Source: Basidioascus undulatus
Taxonomy: Eukaryota
DNA: 64,000 nucleotides
Assembly (NCBI GenBank): GCA_000826855.1
Contig: JTLS01000002.1
Location: forward strand, 1 to 64,000
Direction: 5' to 3'
Part shown: piece by piece, positions 25,529-36,708 of the stretch
How the letters are laid out: the number at the start of each line of letters is the position of its first letter
How positions within the stretch are numbered: position 1 is the stretch's first letter
Made by a program: the position numbers and the translations under genes
Notes under the pieces: generated by a model
The model's database searches: none
What the model saw: only the letters and a program-made list of their open reading frames with translations
What the model was told of the DNA's origin: nothing

Positions 25529-28361
25529 ATGGCTCCTCCCCCGAATTCTCAGATCTCGCCGCACTCTTCGACATCCTGGGACCGCGATGGCGATATCTCT
25601 ACTTCGAGCCTCGAGGCTCCTGCCTCTAATGAGGAAACTTCAACTACGCCCGAAAAGGAAGGATCGATCGTCGAGGCACCGACCTTCGTAGATGCCGCCG
25701 AGACGGAGCTCGACAGCACCGGCGACGAAGACGCAGTTCCCAAGCATGGCAGGCTTCTGCCTCTTCGACAGTTCCTCACCGTTTACTGTTGTCTATCTGT
25801 ATCTGTTCTTCTATCATCTCTCGATCAGGTCCGTCATCTCCTCTGCTCGCGACGCGCAGCCGTTCCTGAGTGCCTTGCGCCTGCAGACTATCGTGGCTTC
25901 AGTCTTGCCCCAGATCGCAAACGGTTTTGAGTCAGCTTCTCAAATCAGCTGGGTGGGTCGGATTTCATCTGCATTGACTTGGAGTTTCACGCGCTCAAGA
26001 GAAGAGATTCCAGGTCGGAACCTCCTTCCTCCTCACCTCAACCGCCTTCTCGCCGATGTACGGTCGCCTTGCCGACACATTCGGCCGCAAGAGCGCTATG
26101 CTCGCAGCGATGATCATCATGACGGGCGGCACCATCCTCTGTGCGGCTTCTCCTACAATGAATGCTCTCATCATCGGCCGTGCGATAGCCGGTATCGGCG
26201 GTGGCGGTGTACGTGGTTTCGCTTCGTAGTGTTTTCTTTCGTCCGGTGAAAGCTCACTCATTATTGTATCTTACAGTGTCTCTCGATGGTGCACATTATT
26301 ATCTCGGACGTGGTGAGGTGCGTCGGGATCTGTGCTTCCTTGCAAAAGCGGCACTTGGGAGGCTCAGAGTCCATTTCACAGCCTTCGTGCTCGCGGGAAG
26401 TACCACGGCATCTTGGGCTCGTTGAACGGCGCTGGCAGCGTGATGGGACCCCTGGTCGGCGGAGCGCTAGGCGGCAGTCTGGGGTGGAGGTAAGCAAACT
26501 TTGGTCTGTTCGTCGGTAGCGTCTAGCTGACACGAATGGCGCTGGGCAAGATACTGCTTCTACATCGAGCTGCCCATCCTCGGTGTCGCCGTGCTGGCCA
26601 TGGCTTTCTGTCTTCCCTCAGGATTGGGCAAGCCGGAGCGCGCCAAAGTACGGGAGAAGTTCAAGACCCTCGATTATATGGGCATTACCCTGCTCGTCTC
26701 GTTCATGGTATTTGCTTGTGTAAATGTGTTCCTGGCTTCGCGAATGCACCTACGCTCATCAAATTCTACCCACAGCTGGCTATCAAGTGAGGCCTGAAAG
26801 TTCCATATCCGCTTGAAGTTTATTGAAACGCCTTTCCGTCTCCAGCCTCGGCTCCAAGAAAGTCACCGGCGTTGTTACGTCCTTCGCTACAGCTGCCGGG
26901 TTCGCCTCTTTTATCTTGGTGCTTTTGCTCCAACCTAACCGCAATAACCTTTCCCCAAGACTCATCTTTCTCGCATTCGTCTATCATCAAGCTTACGTCG
27001 CGAAGCAAGGCATCATGCCTCCCAGCATGTTCAAGAACGCGACGATCGATATGGTCTTCTATCTCAACTTCGCTTTCGGGTGAGTTCCGCATTTCCCGGC
27101 TGTCCTAGCACTTTTAGCTGACGTGTTTCGCGGCGGCAGATGGGTGTTCTTTTCGAGTTTGTACGTGATTCCCAGCTAATTTTTGTGAACTGCATGCCTG
27201 ACGGGCGCTCTTCAGATACTATCTTCCGAGTGCGCTCCCGTCCTGTCGTGCTTTGCTTCTCCCGGACGCCGACGCTGAGTTACCTTGTGGTAGTCTTCTT
27301 CCAGGTCGTGAACCGCCAAACGGTTCTGCAGAGCTCCACTACACTTCTACCTTTTGTCGTGACATCCAGTGCGCATAGTGCCGTGTCATTGACACCACCG
27401 CAGGCAAGCTGAACCACCTCTGACACAGTCATCTTCTCTACCATTTCTGGTGTCGCGACTTCTTTCACTGGAAACTACAAGATCAGTCTCATTCTGGCCT
27501 ACGCTTCGATGCTGGCGGCTTCCTTCGGCATGGCTACTATGTCGGTCGGCACGCATCACGCAGTTCAGGTTGTCTACATGCTCCTACTCGGCATCGGATG
27601 CGGCTGCCAGATGCAGAATTCTCTTGTGGTAAGTCAGCCCCGGGAACAAGCGCCCGAATCGTTTGGCCTAACAGCCTTGTGCGCCAGGCTTGCCAAAGTG
27701 CGACCCCGAAGAAGGATATCGCCGTCGTCACCTCGATTCGAAACTACTTCCGGAGCAGCGGTAGGTCCACTATGGTTCATCTCCAATGCTCCAGGGCGGG
27801 AGCACTGACGGTCTACGGTCTATACCCTCTTCTCAAAAAAGGTGGCGTGTTCGGATTGACCATCAGCGGTGCCATCTTCAACGTCATCATGCGGCGCGAG
27901 CTCGACGTCCAGCTCGCCGACGAGCTTCCTCAACCCGTCTTGGGAACAATCGCCGCCGACCCTCTCGCCGTGCACAGCCTGCTCAACTTGTCCGACCGCC
28001 AGCGGGCGCTCACCATCGAGTCGTATCTCAAAGCGCTTCTCGTCATTTTCTGGGTCTTCGTGCCTTTCGTTTCGGCAGCGCTGTGAGTCTGGTCTCTCCC
28101 TTTCGCTTGATATATACGCGCTAACCCGCCAAGTCAATTTCAGTATCAGCGCAGTGCTCATTCCAGAAGTACGCCTTTTCACTGTTTCTGCCTGACGAAT
28201 GCTCATAACGTTCAATATCGTAGTACGATCTCAATCGTACTGCCGGTGGCAACCCTGTACGGCGCGTAAATATGTTCCGGAGACTGAAGCGCCGCTGGGA
28301 CTGCACGGACCGGGCGAGCGAGTCGACCGTTGGGGAGAAGGATATCCAAACTGCCGCATGA
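25529..28361 (+). CDS. MFS drug/H+ antiporter (DHA2, 14-TMS type), many small exons
   Basis: LSSLDQ|TIVASVLPQI; W|VGTSFLLTSTAFSPMYGRLADTFGRK; GRAIAGIGGGG; GPLVGGAL; CFYIELPI; GIGCGCQMQ; GGVFGLTISGAIF. Spliced stop at 28361. Confidence 0.9.
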
Positions 28362-28813
28362 TGAGTAGGACAGCGAGAGTGTGTAGTGTGCCTTCCCCTG
28401 CCTTGACCAGATTTGTTGTCCCTTATACATTTACATCGCACATTCATTCCTTTCCACTTTCGCCGCAAAGCCATAGTTAGCGTGCCAATGAAAAGGATGT
28501 GCGGTAGAGCAACATGCGAATCGAATCGAGGCGAGAGACCGCTCGCTGCCAACAATCCTCGCTCCATCATGGTGATGCTGGCCAGATGGACGCATCCATG
28601 TTTTCATCGAGTTGGTTTGTTTACCTTCGCTTGCCTCGCAACCTACCCATTGTCATAAAGAGCCCTAGAACGGATGAGGTGACGACTTCTCGCAAACAGG
28701 GCTGTGTCCGTGCCAGTCGACTCAAGGTGATCGACTGCAACACAATATTGCGTGCTTAGGCATACAAATATACAAATTTTACGCTACATGTGCCCCATGA
28801 AGAGAATGACCGC

Positions 28814-30391
28814 TCAATAGCGCCTGCGGTCCGGAGACCGCTCCCTTCTGGGAGAGCGCGAACGGTCGTGCCGACGGTCGCTGCAATGCAGAAAGAACCC
28901 GTCAGCCAGCGCGCCACACCAACCCGTGTTTCACGCAATCAACTGACCTGTAGCGATCCCGCTCGTACCGATCCCGCCGGTCATCGTAACGGTCCCGGTC
29001 GTGACTCCGAGAATCGCGTTCGCGGCGATCCCCATAGTCCCGGCCCCGGTCATCGTACCCGCTGCGTCGGTCGTCGCGGTCGCGGTCCTCGTAAGCGCGC
29101 GGCGGACCGCCTGCGCGCGGGTCTTCCCGCACGCCCGGGGGAGGGGCGGGTGGCGGGAGGCTGTCGATGGGCGGGGGGCCACCAGGAGGACCGGGACGAG
29201 CGCCGTTCGCGTGCGCCGGGTCGAGAGGGTGAGCGGCCATGGACAGCGGATGAGGGGCGGAAGCCGGGCCGCGCTGGTTGCGGCTTTCGTCGAACGCATC
29301 GATGCGCTTGCGAAGCTCGAGGTAGCCAAGGTGCATCTGCGCGCGGACAGCTCGCGTTAGCACTTGCTGAAGCCGTCAATAAAACAAACGCGCGAGGCCC
29401 TTACCTTTCCACCGAAGTGGTCCGCAAGACGACGGTCGGAGTCGAGGACGGAGAGGTAAGCGCCGCAAATGTCACAGACACGGAGCTTTTGGTGGCCGGA
29501 AGCGCCGGAAGTCTCAGTGAGTTGTTGGAGCTCGCGCTATGGATATGCCCCGATGTCAAAATCCGAACAACACAAGCACAAAATTGAATGGTGCGCACCT
29601 CTTTGCCCTGCTTCTCCTCCTTCAATGCCTCCACCTTCGCAAGCTCCTTCATGGACTCCTCGACCTTCCCAGCCTCGCCTGCGCGCGATAATCGTAAGCC
29701 AGCAGCCGATGGACAACCAGAAGGTCACAACGACGTACCGAGCGCCTCAACATCCTGCATGGCCTGATCCAACGCGGTCTGAATCTCGCCAATCTCCCTC
29801 ATCTACACCCACATGATGCACATCAGCGAACCACATCAGCTTCCAGCATAGGCCCATATGCCAATGTCGAGTACGTACGAGAGCCGTGGTCTTGTTGTTC
29901 TCCTCCGGCGTCTTCTCGAGGCGCTTGTGCGCTGCGCGAATGCGGCGGTCGCACTCGCCAACGAACTCGCGAATGTTGTGCTCGTACTCGCGCGGGAAGT
30001 CCGCGTACTTGCCCTCCCTGTCCTCCTTCACTGCCGCCTCGTACTCGATCTTGAGCTTCTCAGAGTGAGTCTTGGGACACGGCCCAAGATCCATTTTCTG
30101 AGGAGGTCTCCGTCGTCAGGGCCACATGCAATCGTAACTACAGACACGGCCTGCACGGGAACTTACCGTGTTGGAGAAGAGGTCGTGCGGACAGATGCCG
30201 CAGAGGAAGTTGCGGCAGACCTTCGGGTCCGAGAAATGGATGTTGACCGGCGTCGCACCCATCGCCTCCGCACCCATCATTTGCTGTAGCCCCACCCTCT
30301 CTGTTAGCCTCTCCCTTCGTGTGGAGAAGGCCCAGAGGCGCGATCGACTTGCCTCGAGCAGCTTGCGCTGCATTTCTGCGAGCTTGCCCAT
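28814..30391 (-). CDS. LUC7: U1 snRNP-associated splicing factor Luc7
   Basis: MGKLAEMQRKLLE|QMMG; ZnF1 VCRNFLCGICPHDLFSNT|KMDLGPCPKTH; ZnF2 HQKLRVCDICGAYLSVLDSDRRLADHFGGK|MHLGY; RD/RS-rich tail ending RSPDRRRY*. Confidence 0.96.
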
Positions 30392-30556
30392 GGCGGCTGC
30401 GATGGGAATTGGTAGAAGGGGGCCTGGGTCGTGGGTTGCCGGACTCGTGAACCGCGAGTCGCTGGGAGACAGAAGACGCCGTCGGGGATGATGAGCGCAG
30501 GACGAGAGTTCGCGAGGGCGAGCGAGCAGCTCGCGCAGGTAGTGCAGGTAGCCAAC

Positions 30557-30579
30557 TTCCGCGGATAATTTCCGCGGAT
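30557..30579. promoter_or_regulatory. Two TTCCGCGGAT copies (palindromic TCCGCGGA core) upstream of LUC7
   Basis: Copies at 30557-30566 and 30570-30579, about 170 bp upstream of the LUC7 ATG. Regulatory role is inferred only. Confidence 0.35.
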
Positions 30580-31253
30580 GTCCTACGGGGATTCTTGGTT
30601 TGACCGTCCTGTTTGCCTTTCACAGGCAGGTGCTGATCTGAAATTGTTGATGCGACTCTGAATTAGAGAGCACAATAGTTAGGATACCCCAAGTGTTGGC
30701 TAAAGTGCGTTCAAGCCGGATGTAGTCGTTACCGAGGGCATCTGTCGCTCTTCGAATGTGAATGAGCGTTACTGTTTATCCAAGCCTATTTTCACAAACT
30801 CATCGGAGTGTTATTCTTTAACCAGAAGAGTCATTATTGTAAGGGCTTCTTTCAAGTTGAGCACGAGCAGCACAACCTTTCCTCTCTTGATGGGCGACTG
30901 TTGCTGCACCTCACGTTGCTGCCGACTTCCAGGTCTCAAGGTCAGGTCCTTTCCGGCCTCTGAAAACGTCGCATTCTCCAAATTATGATGAGAGTATTCT
31001 AAGGAATTTCAAGTTGATTGGACGACTGGGCTCATAGCAAGGGGAGGTGTGCTGAGCTGCACGTATATATTTGTGCGCACCGCCGACAGCGGCCGAGCGT
31101 GAAAGTTTCACGCTACAGGCTTTTCCTCCGCAATAACTATTGAGGTTCTCGGAGACAAAGCCGCTTAAGTCCATTTGCACATTCGGCTCGATCGTGAACA
31201 ATGTACCCTTCGTAGCGAAAGTATCCCTTTATACAGCATGAAGCGGACCGCCC

Positions 31254-34077
31254 TCAACCCCTGTGGGTTTGGTCTGCAACCAGAACCTCTTCCTCGATCC
31301 CCTTCTCTGTCGGCGCAGTCGAAGTTGATTCGATGCGCTGCTCGCGTGCCCCTCTGAAGTCTCGCACGAAGTGCTTGGACAGCTCCCCCTTGCTGAGCGC
31401 GACGATCTCCTCCCGCCAAGTGAAGCTGCACAGACCAAGCGACTCTCAGCACAGGTTTCTCGGAGAGCTTGGCTCGATATTGGACTTACCCCTTGATTCT
31501 TGGGAACAGGTGGAACCACAGGTACCTGTACTTCTTTCAGCTTCGACTGCCCTAAGTGTTTGAACGAGTGTGCCCGACTTACCAGTATAGGAAACACACA
31601 GCTATGATTCCGATGCCGGTCACGCAGTAGGTTGCATCTGTGAGCGAAAGTAAGTACGGTGTTCTTGGCTGTTGTACGAGTGCCTTTCCTGACTTACACC
31701 AGAACGAAACATCGCCGCCAGTCGCTCCCCCCTCAGGAGGGACCCACGGCAGGATCAAGAGGAAGAGGGAAATCAAGGCGCTGAAGACGAGAGCAACATT
31801 CCAAGCTTGGTATTCCCCCCGCCCAAGACCAGCCTTGATGCGTTGTCGGCGAATGAGCTAGACACCGATGACATTAAGGAACGCAAAAAGCTGCGAGGGG
31901 TAGGACTGCAGGTCGACTGAATGACCGGCTGGTCAGACCCTTCTCTTTCCCCATGGTGATTAGAAGTAGGAAACTCACCAATGAAAGTGAACGCATCACC
32001 GAAGGGACAGACGATGATGACGAAGATCGTCAGGAACCATTTGAGCAGGATGGGGGTCGCGGGCGTGCCGAGTGGACGAGTGCTCGTCCAAAACTGTGGA
32101 ATGCATAATGTAAGGATGGGTGAAATTTGAAGCTGCTCTTAAACTACGCACTGCACCCCACGGCAAGACGCCTTGTCTCGCAACTTCGCGAATAACACGA
32201 GCTTGACCGATGGCGACCGCTGTATGATCGTGTGAGACTTAAGTCTTGCAAGGACGATCCGGGTTGGCCGTGCTTACCGATAAGGTTACCAAAGGCGCTG
32301 AGAGCTACGAACACCGGGAGGACTTGGGACCCGGCATAGTGACCAAAGACTTGTAGCAGTGGGATGTCTTACGTCAAAAACATCCTCGAAGTAAGGCGGA
32401 ACAAGCACTGACCTTTCTCGAAAAACAGCGCAGCGACAAGCGTGCCACTGTTGCGGATCTCCTCGAGCGGAACGGCAGCGAAGTATGCGACTGTTTTTTT
32501 TTGTCAGCACGTATGCAGAGACAGGCTCGGTGATGGGACTCCACTATTAGCCAAAAAAATACAACAGAAATACTAGCCCGAGCGCAAACGGAGAGGCCCA
32601 GCGGAGTGTCTTTGTCCCACCACGGACTTCGTTGAGGACGTTGTGCGCGTTGTTCCTGTACGGAAGGTTGAACGGCTTAGGCTACTCCTCTCTGTGCCGC
32701 CTCGCGTTTCATTGAAACACGCACCAGCCAGCATATGAAAAGATAATCTAGTAACAGTAAACATTACCCATTAGCTAGTGACCAGGGAATGATGGATACA
32801 TAAAAGCTCACCTTGGTCAAAGCAGTGGAAAGTGCATTTCCGTTCGATGAAGACCCGTCAAAGCCGCTGCGGAAGTTAGCCTTGGGGTGGGCACGCTCTT
32901 AACGTGACCACCGAGGACTATCATTCCGGCCACAGAGTAAGCATCTCAGAAGACGCTGAGAGAAAAGGTCTGCCTCGTACCCACGAGACCGGTTATGCCG
33001 ATCAAAATGAGCAAGACAGTCTTGATGACCGCCAGGAGGTTGGACAGGCGCGACGACCACTTGGTGGACAGCACGATGAAGGTGCAGGCGACCGTGTACG
33101 AGGCGATGGCCAGCCCCTTGTTCTGCCACTCGGTTGCCTCATAGCCCGCGGCGGAGTAAATGTACTGCGCAAAGACTGTATTCCTCAGGTGACTGTCCGT
33201 CAGCTGCTTGCACGTCGAGCTGAAGTGGTAGTCCAAGCTCGCACCGATGCAGTTGGACGACGAGAAGGACAAGATGACGGTAGAGGCCTGGAAAATAAGA
33301 AGTTCAACCTGTGAGCATTTGTAAGCTACAGGGCTTTGGAGGACCACGTACCGCGAACGCTGCCGGGAAGAAGTAACATGGACGCTTGTAGGCTTGTTCG
33401 AGGTAGACGACCTCAGCCCCCTGGACAGCAGAATCATAAGCCAACACGTTAAGAAGGAACTGTCAGTAAAAACCACTCACAGCCCGGTTGGGGAATAAGA
33501 CCCAAGCTCGAGGTAGTACGCCAGCCTTTCCGTCCATCTCATGTCAGAACAGCTGCAAACCCAGCGCCCAACGTACAAAAGCTCGACTCACCCGGCCCAA
33601 CCGATGAGCGCTCCAATGACCCAGTCTGATTTCCCAAAGCCATCTGAGACCTTTCAAGGGAAGGGCGGGCACCGAATGGTATGTTACTCACACACGAGCG
33701 ACAGGCCCAGACTTCCAGTGCTCTTCAGGATGGAACCTGGCGTGCTGAAGGGGGTGGACAAGGCTGGGGGGTCAGACGGCCTCCCTGGGTGAAAATGATA
33801 CTACTTTTTTGCACCTGAAAACGCCTGTACCAATCTGTTATTTAATTTAAATCGATCCCGCTGTCAAAATATCGATAAATAAAGCACTCACCATCTGCGA
33901 GAGGTTCAGGCAGATGACCGAGAAGGCCCCAAACTCCTTGCCGAGCGGACTGCACTTCTCGACCGCTGCGCCACCGTAGCTTTTGTGGTCCGAGTCGAGA
34001 GACTCGACGTTGAGAGAGGTGACTGAGCCGGCTTTCGCATCCTTCTCGTGAGAGGCCGCCTTCTCGAGGTTGGACAT
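31254..34077 (-). CDS. APC-family amino acid permease, high-affinity methionine permease (Mup1)-like, multi-exon
   Basis: SPLGKEFGAFSVICLNLSQM|IGTGVFS|TPGSIL; YYLELGSYSQP; EVVYLEQAY; SFSSSNCI; YSG*-type FSYAGWCV..NVLNEV segment; LLILPWVPPEGGATGGDVSFW. Confidence 0.88.
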
Positions 34078-34136
34078 CGCCGGAGAGGGGGAGGGGTGAA
34101 GGAGGGAGACTTCAGCTGCTCTGCAGGCTGCATCTC

Positions 34137-34142
34137 TTTATA
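34137..34142 (-). promoter_or_regulatory. Candidate TATA box of the permease gene
   Basis: TATAAA on the minus strand about 60 nt upstream of the ATG at 34077. Confidence 0.4.
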
Positions 34143-34308
34143 CCGCGAGCGCTGCGCACCTGTTCACCACCATACGGCGGTTTGGCGTGCTCATTACCAG
34201 TGAATTTTTGCGCATATTTCCCTTGGGTTCCTGGACTACGGGGAGAGCGCGGTCCCCACGAGCACGCCAACGCGTACACCCCATGCAGCCATCGCATTCG
34301 GAAAACGC

Positions 34309-34358
34309 CGCTGGATCATCGCCCAGTGTTCTTCGCTGGATCATCGCCCAGTGTTCTT
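34309..34358. repeat. Perfect 25-bp tandem duplication upstream of the permease
   Basis: CGCTGGATCATCGCCCAGTGTTCTT twice, at 34309-34333 and 34334-34358. Confidence 0.95.
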
Positions 34359-35846
34359 GGCTGCGTGCAGACTGAATTACCGTCTGCTCCGGCAGAATTT
34401 TCCCGATGTGTATAACCGAGGTTGCTAATACAGGATACGTGTGAAAATAACGGAAGACTGGTGCGACCATGGCCGATTGCGCCATAACACGGCGTGAAGG
34501 ACGACCGTTCGCTGCACCGTGCTGCGGCGGCGGCGCGACAGCCTTGTGGGTCGGATGGCTTGGAAGGCGATGTCAAAGACTAATTGAGTGAGTTTGAACG
34601 AACCCCCGCAGTGAGAGGTTTGCGCGAATCGAGATGCTCGTTAACGGGCTTTCTGGCTGTGAAGCGCGGGCAGAGATTTTCAGTCGTAAGGCCTTTCGAG
34701 TCTTTGAAAGTAACATTTTTTGCGGAAGGACCCGTTATGGGTCACATCGATGGGTCACAGCGATGGGAAGACGCGGGTTTGGTTGTATGCACGTGCATGT
34801 TACCTTTCGTGTGCTAAACTACACGTCCATGCGATCTTGGGCAGGGAGTTGTCCCGGGATAGGACTGTGAAGAGTACTGCGGTCTGCAGCACAAATGTAG
34901 TTTCTTGATATTCTTAAATTTACATCACACGTAGGTGCGAACTTGCTGGAAAGACGGAGCAGTACCCAGAACTGGCTAGCCGACCTTTCAGAGACCAAAC
35001 GAGGATCGATTTCCAGAAAAGAGGCAGGATCACTGATATATACTTGATGCAATGCGGCATGGCCCATACTGAACAGACGATCTTCCAGTACAGTGGCGGT
35101 CGACTGAGAGCGGAGCGGGCTCGGGATGAGGTCGCATTGCGAATCTGCCGCATACCACGGTCCCGCGACAGACTGAGGTGTTTCCGTATCCCAACAAATG
35201 GCCAGTCAGACACAGCGAAGTCCAGGATTGCGATGAGGTGCCGCAAAGTGGAGTGTGCCGAGCAGTCCACGCAGGCACGATGGGATGTTCAGGAGGAGCC
35301 TTTGAGCTGGGGCTAAATCGTACGACAACTTTTAGATTTCAGTCATCGTTGGGCTCTCAATAAAGGAGGATTTTCTGACAAGCTACATGGACAATTAGCG
35401 AGGATACAACGCTGTGCGCGGAGTGATGATTGCATGGACGAACCACACGTCGATTTCTGCGTGCGACCTGTGGACACCGGCGTTGCTGCATCTTCCGACA
35501 AGCAGAGCGGCGTGTGTCATATCCAAAAATGAACATGCTGCAGTGCTGGCGCGTGTTACAGGTCCCTGTCTTCTCCTTCCCTTTGGATCTCGCGCCGCAT
35601 ACATCGCGAACGCTCGCGCTGCGTTCAACGCGGGCAGACCCGCGGCCGGACGCAACGGCCAGGAGCGGCGTCCAGGAGCTGTCGGGCCAAGGCAGTGCGG
35701 CTGTTATGATAGTTATCAGAAGTCAGCACTGTGCAATGGCGAGAGGGAGACCACAAACGACGTACCGCAATTTGGCGCGGCCCGACGCGCCTCCGCGCAC
35801 TCCATCCTATCCCAGCCCAACATTCCAGCGATCCTTCACCGAACCT

Positions 35847-36533
35847 TTACTCAACTCTCCCAACCATCTCCTCGCTCTCCCTCAAATACTTCTCCGCCCA
35901 CCTGGCGCCCTCCTCGCGCTCGCGTTGGGCGGCCCACGCGCTGCCCCGGAGCGAAAGCACGAGCGCGCGGTCGTACTTGATCGCGGCCTCCTGGGTATTT
36001 TTGATCGTCCCGCCGACGTGGACGACGCGGGGGATGACGGGCGTGCCCGCGAGGTGGGTGAGGAGCGTGAGCGAGGCGTGCACGAGGGCGTGGTGCTCCC
36101 GCGCGATGCGGATGATTGTGATGTGCGTGGTGGGGGAGTAGTATTTCACTGCAGAAAGAAGTGAAAATGCCAGATTTGGGTGAGTGAAAGAAGGGACTTG
36201 GACAAAACAAGGAGGGAAAGACGAACCGTTCAAAGACCCCGCTACGCACCCGGCGCCCACATCCCCAAAGTTGAGCTGCACGCTGTCCCGCAGGGCCTTG
36301 TAGATGGCCTTGGTGTCGAGCCCCGGGGGCGTCTTGCCGGGTGGGAAGATGGGTGCGTGCAGGGGGAGCGGCTGGGAGAGCGGGGGGCTGGTAGGGTAGG
36401 AGGAGGAGGAGGGGGCGGAGGGGAAGATGAACTCGACGAGGAGCCAGCGGTTCTGAGGGGGGGCAAGGCGTGAGTTTGGCGGCGGGATGATATCAAACGA
36501 GAGAGGATGGATGCGCACTTTGAAGCGGACCAT
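35847..36533 (-). CDS. POP5: RNase P/MRP subunit Pop5, three exons
   Basis: MVRFK|NRWLLVEF; ALRDSVQLNFGDVGAG; VKYYSPTTHITIIRIAR; VVHVGGTIKNTQEAAIKYDR. Confidence 0.93.
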   Translation of the reverse strand: MVRFKVRIHPLSFDIIPPPNSRLAPPQNRWLLVEFIFPSAPSSSSYPTSPPLSQPLPLHAPIFPPGKTPPGLDTKAIYKALRDSVQLNFGDVGAGCVAGSLNGSSFPPCFVQVPSFTHPNLAFSLLSAVKYYSPTTHITIIRIAREHHALVHASLTLLTHLAGTPVIPRVVHVGGTIKNTQEAAIKYDRALVLSLRGSAWAAQREREEGARWAEKYLRESEEMVGRVE

Positions 36534-36708
36534 GGCGAGGGATCGATGCGAGGGTGAGGCAGAGGAGAAGACGTACTTTGGCGGCGAGGGGCAGACTTCT
36601 GCTCGACTCGTCGGCCCAGGCGCGCGTGGAAAGTCATTCAACAAGGACTCGCGATCCCATGCCCTGCCTCTATCCTCCCCATCAACCAACTCGTTTTCGC
36701 CGTTCACA

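Noticed and set aside
30985..31056. Possible C/D box snoRNA (ATGATGA...CTGA) with a stretch resembling the complement of 18S CACACCGCCC
   Set aside because: The guide has an internal mismatch, the D+5 position does not fit the known methylation site, and no terminal stem is evident.
34309..34358. Short direct repeats as CRISPR or transposon ends
   Set aside because: The copies are adjacent with no spacers, target-site duplication or transposase, and the context is eukaryotic.
34790..34795. CACGTG upstream of the permease as a Cbf1-type sulfur element
   Set aside because: It is a single hexamer about 700 bp upstream, lacks the TCACGTG context and is expected by chance.
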